Origin: Phoronis australis | Taxonomy: Eukaryota; Animalia; Phoronida | NCBI GenBank assembly: GCA_002633005.1 | Contig: NMRA01000089.1 | Coordinates: forward strand, 939,842-1,003,841 | Reading direction: 5' to 3' | DNA length: 64,000 nucleotides | In this document: positions 54,501 through 64,000 of the stretch, in pieces | Numbering within the stretch: the first letter of the stretch is position 1 | Layout: every line of letters starts with the position of its first letter | The notes under the pieces: model-generated | What the model was told of the DNA's origin: nothing | The model's input: only the letters and a program-made list of their open reading frames with translations | The model's database searches: none | Program-made: the position numbers and the translations under genes

Positions 54501-56708
54501 TCTCGCCGACAACAGATATATTATCTTCGAAATGCGGTTGAATTTCTTTCGTCTAATCCACGTTTTACAATAGATGCCAATGTATAGGTACACACTGGAT
54601 TGTCATCATTGCATAATGGGTGATCACGTAGTCTCCGGGCATGAAAACAATTCTCTCCGGGCGTGATAAGTTTTCTAACGCAATAAATCCTGGTTGCCAA
54701 TTGTTTTTGATTCTACAGAGATTTCAATTCCTGAATAGAAAATGTGTGTTCTGGATTTTTCCGCTTCAGCTTTCCATTCAGGTAACTAGTGCACAGCACA
54801 GTGTTTTTACTATCCCGTGCGGCTCCACTGCAACGAATCACTTCTGGTACAATCTTTCGTAAACGACGTTCGTATTTTGCACATTTCTTCGGGGTAACAG
54901 TTTTCCAAGAGCTATATATTCATTGGACAAGTTTCTGTTTGGTAATCGGTTTTATTTTCTGTCTCAGGTAGTCCTTGAGCTCATGCTCTGAATGTTTTGA
55001 AAACGCAACTCTTTATTTACGCAGATACGTTTTCCTGCCCGTGGGCACCGACTCGCTGAATTCACCAACCAAACATTTATTTTTGAAAATGCACTCAAAA
55101 GTGTAGTTAAAACACCGTGTTGATCATAGTCGTCAGTGCAGAAAAGCGAAATGAACAAATTTGTACACACTGCTCAAAGCACTTTTGTGGACATACGGAA
55201 ACGCCAACGTCTCTGTCTTACAACTCTGCGTGTGCTTGGCATTTCTGATCAAAGCGCTCTCATGCTGGAAACTTTATTAAGACTGAGCACCGTTTCAAAA
55301 AATTGTATATTTTCTTACAGCTGAGCACAGAATTATTATGCGATTTTAGGACTGAAACGGAACCAAATCTCGAGTGGTGACTCATTAGAATGTGCAAAAT
55401 TCGGGGAGGGGGGTGGCTGGCAATACAAGCATGATTTTTTTATTTTCGCGCCAAACATGTAGTTACCACTTCTCATTCAGCGTCACTTACTACCTGAGGT
55501 GGCCAGATCATACATGTACGCTATCAAGATCACCAGACGCTTTGCTTCTCAAAAGTGCACCTTTGTGTATTTTCTATCATTTTTTGCCATCGCAATCGCT
55601 TTACCAAAGTTTCACGCACATATGCCGCGTAGAGACAAATACCTCTTCACCACGTATTCACATCTTGCCGTTCACAATTGTTTTATTTTGCATAATTTGT
55701 CAATATGTTGTTGACAGAAAATATTTATTTTTGGAACAACGTGAACGACCAACTGATAGGGGACTACGTGTATACATGTAACTGCTAGCCCAGATTTTAA
55801 CGTCACCGATACACTGAAAACGGAATGCGCAAGGCTACTTTGCTGTAGCCTCAACAGTGGTGATGTCACCGTCTTAGTTCGTGGAAATCGTAACCATAAT
55901 ATGATTTCGAAGTTAGAGCCATCGAAGTCCGTGGGTTTAGGGCATACTGGACCGTGAATTTCGCGTCTGTACTGCAAGGGTCAATACTATGAAAATAAAA
56001 TCCCTGGAGTGAGAGCTTTTCGCGGTGTAAGAACTCACTCACTAATCCATCATCATGGGCGCGTGACAGGAGACCGGTGACTAACTTAAAAAAACGCAAA
56101 AAGATGCAGTTTGGCGTTACACAAACAACTTGAAATCAACTGCGGGCGAAGACTGCTAAAATAGCTGCGTTTACAAAATGACTACAGCGTTGTATTGACC
56201 GGGAAGCAACCGATCTAATACATCTTGTTAACGTCACGAGTCAAATTAAAGATCAAATGTAAAGAAAACTTTCACGTTTTTCATCCAAAACTTGTTGCAT
56301 TGTCCATAATCCAATGTTTACTATTACCGCTTGCCTTCAACCTTCGAATTAGTGGTATTACACAACCGACGTGAACTCATGTAACCGAGACAGTAAAACT
56401 AGGTTAATTTATTTGACCCTGTGCTAAGACGAATATGCATCGACACGCAAAGTGGTATCAGCCTGACAACCTATTACGCAACTGCTACTCTAGCCTAAAA
56501 ATAGCAGCCGACCAGCTGGTCGGCTGATGGCCGGTCGGCTGAAAGGTCGGCTGAAGGGTCGGCTGGGGAGTCGCCTTATGAGTCGGCTCTGCGGGTGGCT
56601 GCCGGTCGGCTAATTTTTAGCCGACCGGTCGGCCAATTAGCCGACCTGTCGACGGCTAGTCGTCGACCAATTTCCGACCGGGCGGCCAAAAATTCGTGAT
56701 GTGTGCTG
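51537..56708 (+). mobile_element. 5.2-kb Tc1/mariner-type element, copy C (complete), TA TSD
   Basis: TA|CAGCACACATCACGAATTTTTGGCCG ... CGGCCAAAAATTCGTGATGTGTGCTG|TA; the flanks rejoin to match the uninterrupted repeat at 57893-57970. Confidence 0.95.
54809..55720 (-). pseudogene. Tc1-like (ISRm11-type) transposase relic with deleted catalytic core
   Basis: 54809-54985 reads HELKDYLRQKIKPITKQKLVQ*IYSSWKTVTPKKCAKYERRLRKIVPEVIRCSGAA (copy B: HLRKVVPVVIRC), a Tc1-like C-terminus; upstream KINVW and FCTDD (WTDE-like) relics. Also at 12644-12819 and 38484-38664. Confidence 0.8.
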
Positions 56709-58949
56709 TATCTCCTGCAGTCTTCGAGGAATTCTTTTCAATTTCAGCACACTGGTGTAATCCAACGTGCCAATTGAACACCCTACTTTACTAAGCAATA
56801 GGCCTATCCAATCAGAAAAAATATGTCAAAGGTCATTAAGTGCAAACTAACTTTTAGAGCTAGAGACTTCGAAATTGCGTATTTGCTTAGTAAATGTGAT
56901 TGAGTTTGATTTCTAAAGTTTCGGGTCATTTTTGCACCCATGGGGTCATTAGGTGAATTTTTCTTCTGAAAGTTTGACCAAATCCTTCATCTTGTATTCT
57001 AATGTGCTTAAAGTAAGACATATGTTATTCTTAGCATTAACCACATTTTAATCGAGTTGACACTTATTCCCTCATCGGGGCTCATAATGCACCAGAAGAG
57101 GTCAAATAGTGAAATGGTCATCAAAATTTTCAGATGTAATTTCTCCTACAGTTTGAAAGAAATGTTTTTTCATATCAGTAAACAGGTTTGTCGTAAACAA
57201 TTTTCCATAACAATTCCAGTAATACGCACGCGCAGATTCCATTATTGTCACGCCATAAGAATAACGCTTCTAGTTGTTCCTGGGTTTTCTTCAATTGTAT
57301 TCTTACTTTTAATTCGTCTTCCGACCAACTTCGAGGCTAAATAACTCCAAATTGGGTGCAGCTACGTTCTTTCAATTCAGCATATGATTCTTGAAAGTAC
57401 ATAAATTTTGATTCGTTATTTAATCATATTCCATAATGCACCGGAAGAGGTCATTTGGTGCAAAGGTCATACAATTTTCAAAATGCTACTCCTTCTGTAT
57501 TTTAAAAGCTGTTATTTCCAAATACGTTACACAGGTATGAATCAATCAGGCAATTTAAAAATTACTATTCTAGGTAATCGGGTCATCCAATCAGGTTAAA
57601 CAAGTCAAACGTCATTAGGTGCAAACTAAGATTTTGAGTTAGACACTTCAAATTCACAGGTCTGATTGGCACAGGTAATTTAATTCGGAATCAAAAGTTT
57701 CAGGTCATTTAGTGCAAACATGGGACTTTAGCTCCATTTTTCTTCTGAAAATTTGACATTTATATTCACCCAGTATTCTGATGTTTCAACCGTTAGACAA
57801 CTGTGATTCTCAGCATTAAACACATTTTTCATGGGCTTTGCGATAATTCTCCTCAAGAAGCTTATAATGAACCGGAGACCTTCAATTGGTGCAAAGGTCA
57901 TCTAACGATGAAAATGCTACATCTTGCGTTTTTCAAGGAATTCTTTTCAGTTTCAGCACACTGGTGTAAGTCAGCATGCCAATTGAACACACTACTTTAC
58001 TATGCAATAGGCCTAGCCAATCAGAAAAATAGGTCAAATGACATTGGGTGCAAATTCAGTATTACATACAGCACACATGACGAATTTTTGTCCGGCCGGT
58101 CGGAAACTGGTCGATGACCGGCCGTCGACCGGTCGGCAAAAGAGCCGTCCGGCCGGCAAAAAATTAGCAGACCGGCAGCCGCCCACAATGCCAACTCATA
58201 AGGCGACTCCCCAGCCGACCCTTCCGCCGACCCTTCAGCCGACCGACCATCAGCCGACTAGGCTAGAGTAGCAGTTGCGTAATAGGGTGTCAGGCTGATA
58301 CCACTTTGCGTGTCGATGCATATTCGTCTTAGCACAGAGTGAAATAAATTAACCTAGTTTTACTGTCTCCGTTGTATGACTTCACACCGGTTGTGCAACA
58401 CCACTAATTCGAAGGTTGAAGCCAAGCAGTAATTGTAAACGTTGGATTATGGACAATGCATCAAGTTTTGGATAAAAAAACTGAAAGTTTTCTTTACGTT
58501 TGATCTTTAATTTGACTCCTGACGTTAACCAGTTGCATTAGATTGGCTGCGTCCTGGTCAAAACAACGCTTAGTCATTTTGTAAATGCAGCTATTATTTT
58601 GACTGTCTTCGCCCACAATTGATCTTTGTTGGTGTAACGCCAAACGGCATCTTTGCGTTTTTAAGTTATTTGCGAGTCTCCTATCACGCACCCATGATGA
58701 TGGGGGATTTTATTTTCACAGTATTAACCCTTGCAGCATAGAAGCGAAATTTAAGGTCCAGTATGCCCTAAAGCCAGGGACTTCGATGGCTCTAACTTCG
58801 AAAGCATGCTATGGTTACGAATTCCACGAACTTAGATGGTGACATCAAACACGGAATGACCAATGTTGAGGCTACACCCAATTCTAGCTTTGATCATTCC
58901 GTTTTCATGGCGGTGACGTTAAAATCTGGTCTTGTTACATTTACACGTA

Positions 58950-61900
58950 CAGCACACATCACGAGTTTTTGTCCGACCGGTCGGAAATTGGTCGACGACC
59001 GGCCGTCGACCGGTCGTCTAGCCGACCAGCAGCCGACCAACAACGGTCGGCTAGGAGCCGTCTTCTGAGTCGCCTCTGTGGTTGCCACTTGGGTCGGCTA
59101 ATTGGTCGCCTAGCGTAGACGACCAATTCGAATTAAGCGTGTCCTTGGTCGGCAATTACCATTTCATGACTTAGCGGGTAAACTTTGGCCAAACAAACAT
59201 TTAACTGTTCGCTGTTCGTTCATCACTGGCAACTCCGGTCTTGACATCGGTTTATCAACTTTTGTTTAACGTAAGCTTTATAATGAACTAGTGAGGGCGT
59301 TGTAAAATCAAACGTTAACTGATATTGCGGCCAAATTTCTGCCTCTTACTATGACACCTTTTACACAGTACTTTATGCAGGAAAACAAGCAAGAAATTTG
59401 AAAATTTACAATAAAATTGCAAACAAATCTGAATACAACGCTGGCTATTTTGCGACATCAAGTGTTTTCATGCCGCGGAATGCTCAACAAGCACCATGCA
59501 TTCGGCCGTCATCTGTATAATGTGCTTCACTACAGGTAATTATTGTTTATTTTTGTATAATTTCTTAATATGTTGGTACAGCAGAAGAACAACAGTTTAT
59601 TTTAAGAATATCATAAACAACGGTTTCAACATAGTGCAGGAATTAAGATCATGGGCGCATTAAAATGGAAGAATGTGATCGGTTATAGTTTCATCCATGA
59701 TCCATCATCATTCTGAGGTTGTTGTCACTTTCAGAGTAAGAAATTGTTTTGATGCTAGAGCCTTCCTATCTAGCCAGCTAGCTGTATGAAGACTATAGTC
59801 AAAATACAGCAAGGTGCCAATGTGTATTGAGCTCCGACAGACCTTGAAATTGCAAACAGCTCGAATAGTTACGCTCGTCACCTCACTGAAGCTTGTATCA
59901 ACATGAGCTAAAGACCGGCGGTTTGCATGCAAAATCTCAATAGCTCACTTGCGAGTTTCTCGTTAGTCAATGTGACGTCACCGGAAGAGGTGCAAAACCC
60001 GCCATATTGGTCTTGTTTTGCCCCAAGTCCTTGCTACACACTCTAAATATAACTGGAGTTCTTATGATGAATTTTACGCTTAAAACGTTAACACAACTTA
60101 AGAGATGGTACATGGATCGTGGATTAATTGTGGATGGACGAAAAAAATGTGATCTTGTCATGTTGTGCGAAGCTGTGAACGGACTGAAATTGGAACTGAA
60201 CTCGGTCTAGGCCTGAATGCCGCAGGCATACACAAGGGCGATAGTATATCCCCAAAAAGTTACCCATATCAAAATACTGCTAATAAAATCAAATGAAACA
60301 TGCATATTTGCCCATGGAGTTATTATTAACACATACCCAGACTCTGGATACATTTAGTCTACAAATAACTTTAACATATCCATGAAGACCTAGCGATTGA
60401 TTGCTCGAGTTTCTCTCACCGAGCGCCATTTTGAGGAAGTTATGTGAAATCACGCCTGTTGACGAACAAAAGGTCCAAGTGACACAAATCTTACAAATTT
60501 CACGTGATATTTTTCATGCTATTTTGCAAGTGTCACGCGCCAGGTCTCGCGCTGAGCTCAGTCTCGCGCTAGCTGTTGCCTCATACTCACCTGACTCAGT
60601 TGAAATACATTGTGGTTATCGCGCGCGCGGTCAAAGTTAACAGCAACCACGAAGTGGAGTTGGAATTCTTCGCCAAAATCACCTGAATTCCCGTAGCTAT
60701 GCTTCATCGAAGATATGTTTAGAAGCAGAAAGGGTCACTGAAGAAAGTGAGTGCCTTTTAGGTGATAATTTTAGGCGTAGAAAGTAATTTTGACGAGGTG
60801 AAAACTTAATCAGTGAGCGGATTTCGTCTACCACCCGTTTAAATACACGGGACGAAATGATTGCAGAACGCGATAGAACATATTGTTGTGCGAATCTTAA
60901 TTTCATTTGGCATAACAGCAATGCTTGTTTGGCATTTTTCGAACTAAGCGGCTAAAACCTTGAAGAAAATAAAAGAATACACTCTGCTACAGTGTTGGGC
61001 AAATGGCCAAACGACAAGCTTTTGCCCCACTTCCAGTGACGTCACAGTCAGGTCTCTTATATTCTCGCGTTATTGTTATAAACTCGCAAAAGGACTATTG
61101 ACATTCATCTTGACAGTTACGGACGTTTAAGCGAAAGATATCCGACGTCATTTTCTTGCATAATTCTCTGCATTGGTAACAAAGAAATGTGTGTCGTCGT
61201 TTTGAATGTAGTACATTCGTTACTCCTGCCACTACTAGATTTTTTTCGACATCTCCCATTAGATGATGACAACATGGCAGCAAAGATTTTTTCTAAAATT
61301 CGGTTGAATGATATCAAATTCCAAAAACATATATTGAAGTGAAACCAATTCTAATAATTTGTTGAGGCATTTACGCAACCTCGAGGGAGAACGTCTGATT
61401 GAAGAATCTGGGAAAAAGAAACTGGTGATGCGCCGAAAGTCGACGCAAAAGATCACACCGCAATTTTAGTAGCAGAATAATTGTAGAAAAGTGATTTTTA
61501 CAACGCCGGTAAATCATTTAGATTACTCAAGGAAGATTTTTTTCGGTCAGTTTTTACCCACTGAACGGCGCAAAGTTGTATATTTAATTTAGTAAACAGC
61601 TTCTCACCAACGCCGAGCCCTTTGGAGTAAAAACACAACACTTAGCGTTTCGCGTCTACTCCAAGGGGAAAAAATTATATCTATTTACGTGTCATTACAA
61701 ACTTATCCTGTTGGGAGTTTCTTTCTCACAAAAGCGGTCTTCGAATGTAGAATCTAGACTATGGTATGTAGTGCTTGTCCTAGCATTTTAGTTCACGTTC
61801 TTTCCAAAAAATATCTATACGATTGTTTGTTTTCAAAGCAGTGGGAGATTGTGATCACATATAAATGTGAATGGCTTATTGTACGCGTACGTGCTATTCA

Positions 61901-63485
61901 CAGTTATAACATACAATTTAACCGATATTACAATCAACGTATGCTTAAAAACGTGCTCCGAGTCTTTGACCCCGCTGTAATCAGCATGCCGTAAACTTTA
62001 TCTAAATTTTGAAGACGTGCTTTGTACTTGGCCTCGGTTTATTAATATAGGGTCCTGACAACACACGACTCTGAAAATTTTGAAAACGCAACACAGCGTT
62101 ATTGTTATAAACTCGCAAAAGGACTATTGACATTCATCTTGACCGAAACAATTTTTTACGCAGATACGTTTTCTGCCCACGAGTACATTTGGTATATGGC
62201 GACGTGGGCAGCAACGCTCTGAATGCATCAACCAAACATATTAATTTTTGAGTATGCTCTCAAAGTGGACTTTTTTAAAACACCGTGTTGGAAGTATTCG
62301 TCAGTGTAGAAAAGGGAAATTAACAGATTTGTACACACTGCTCAAAGCACTTAAGCGGACATACGGAGACGCCAACCTCTCGGTTACAACGCTGCATTTG
62401 CTTGGCATTTCTGATGAAGCGCTCTCATGCTGGATTTTTTTAAGATTGAGCGCTGTTTCAAAATTGTTGTAGGTCATCTTACAGCTGAGCACAGAAGAAT
62501 TATTCTGCACCTTGGTTCATTTTCTATCATTTTTTCAACATCGCAATCGCTTTAACAAAGATTCATGCACATATGCCGTGTAGAGAAAATTACCTTTTCA
62601 ACTCAGCGCAGATTTTAACGTCACCGATGTACAAAAAAGGAATGCACAAAGCTAGAATTGGTTGTAGTCTAAACAGTGGTTATTCCGTGTTTGATGCCAC
62701 TGCCGAAGTTCGTGGAAATCGTAACCATGTGATTTCGAAGTTAGAGCCATCAAAGTCCGTGCGTTTAGGGCATACTGGATCGTGAAGTTCGCGTCTGTAC
62801 TGTAACGGTTAATCATATGAAAATAAAAATCCCGGAGTGAGAGCTCTTCGATGTAACAACTCACTCACTGTCCCATCCTCATGGGCACGTGATAAGAGAC
62901 CGGTGGAGAATTTTAAAAACGCAAGAAGATGCAGTTCGGCGTAACACAAACAACAAACAATTGTGGGCAAAGATGGTCAACAATAGCTGCGTTTACAAAA
63001 TGACTACAGCGTTGTATTGACCGGGAAGCAGCCAATCTAAAGCAGCTTGTTAAGGTCGCGAGTCAAATTAAAGACCAAATGTAAAGAAAATGTTCACGTT
63101 GCACTCTCCATGATTCAATGATAAAACCCCTTGCCCTCAATCTTCGAGTTAGTGGTGTTTCGCAACTGCGGTGAACACATGTAACGGAGAAGGTAAAACT
63201 AAGTTAATTTATTTGACCCTGTGCTAAAACGAATAAGCATTGACACGCAAAGTGGTATCAACCTGACAACCCATTACGCAACTGCTACTCTAGCCTAAAA
63301 ATAACAGCCGACCAGGTGGTCGGTTGATGGCCGGTTGGCTGAAGGGTCGGCTGGAGAGTCGCCTTATGAGTCGGCACTGCAGCCGGCTGCCGGTCGGCTG
63401 ATTTTCCGGCAAATTTGCCGACCGGTCGGCGGCCGGTCGTCGACCAATTTCCAACCGGTCGGACAAAAATTCGTGATGTGTGCTA
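58950..63485 (+). mobile_element. 5.2-kb Tc1/mariner-type element, copy D (more diverged, with internal deletion and insertions)
   Basis: TA|CAGCACACATCACGAG ... TTCGTGATGTGTGCTA|TA; lacks the equivalent of ~53230-54985. Confidence 0.9.
59942..61096. mobile_element. ISL2EU-like non-autonomous element, AT TSD
   Basis: AT|AGCTCACTTGCGAGTTT ... AAACTCGCAAAAGGACT|AT; empty site TCAATTGGCATT in sister copies; + strand SAP-like MNFTLKTLTQLKRW..RGLIVDGRKKCDLVMLC, - strand THAP-like MPNKHCCYAK. Confidence 0.8.
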
Positions 63486-63619
63486 TAGGCCTTTATCAGT
63501 TGGTCGTTCACCTTGTTCCACAAATAAATATTTTCTGTCAATAACATATTGGCAAATTATGAAAAATAAAACAATTGTTAACGGGAGGATGTGAATACGT
63601 GGTGAAGAGGTGTTGGTCT

Positions 63620-63911
63620 CAGTGGCGGATCTATTATATCATAAAGGGTTGGCCAAGGTGTTGCCTCGGAGAATTGGGCAAAGCGCAATATTGTATGCAC
63701 AGACGGCCCGGAAGTTGCGGGGGCTGGCTATGTGGATCTGGTGGTGCCAAATTCTATCGGGAGACTAAAAAATAACGGGAACACGATTCCGCTGCGCCCT
63801 GTCCCCCACTGCCACTGGTGCACACGTATCTCCACGCTCTTACTGCTGTTTATTTTTCCTTGCACCAGCCAAGTGGGGCCCGGCCCCTGCCCCTCTCTAA
63901 ATCCGCATATG
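63620..63911. mobile_element. hAT5-like MITE with 5-bp TSD GGTCT
   Basis: GGTCT|CAGTGGCGGATCT ... AAATCCGCATATG|GGTCT; absent from sister copies. Confidence 0.75.
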
Positions 63912-64000
63912 GGTCTCTACGCGGCATAAATGCGTGAATCTTTGGTAAAGCGATTGCGATGTCAAAAAAAATGATAGAAAATACATCAAGGTGCACTTAT

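Larger units (their letters stand above)
50846..58066 (+). repeat. Helentron-associated (HINE-like) element(s) with ~430-bp internal repeats, head-to-tail, split by copy C
   Basis: Hairpin ACTCTGCGC..GCGCAGAGT (50850-50873), TTC/TTA microsatellite, GCACCGGA..AAGGTCA motif recurring every ~430 bp once copy C is removed; CTAGT junction near 57274, then a second unit. Confidence 0.6.
58069..64000 (-). mobile_element. Inverted copy E of the 5.2-kb family (58069-58947 and 63488-64000), host of copy D
   Basis: Terminus TA|CAGCACACATGACGAATTTTTG; reverse complement of the right part of copy C; continuous across TTACACG-TA-GGCCTTTATCAG. Confidence 0.9.

Overview
Eukaryotic (metazoan, probably marine invertebrate), AT-rich window that is almost entirely nested transposable elements; most ORFs in the supplied track are spurious. 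The only credible host gene is on the + strand: a clean phase 1-1 exon for an atypical V-type Ig domain (14613-14972) and a likely 36-bp stalk exon 34 kb downstream (49172-49207). A ~5.2-kb TA-flanked Tc1/mariner-type element dominates, with four forward copies and three older inverted copies. Three of the forward copies sit inside inverted copies of their own family. The element carries a decayed Tc1-like transposase and possibly a decayed AlkB-like cargo gene. Also present: a young BEL/Pao LTR retrotransposon, self-nested EnSpm/CACTA-like elements with AAAACTTAAGTTTT arrays, a composite Sola3-like element, relics of Academ, Crypton, Kolobok, ISL2EU and LINE elements, a Helentron-like (HINE) tandem array, a Penelope-like hairpin with a degenerate hammerhead, and several MITEs. 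There are two assembly gaps. No rRNA, intact tRNA or CRISPR array was seen. Superfamily calls rest on termini, target-site duplications (TSDs) and protein motifs recognised by eye, not on database searches.
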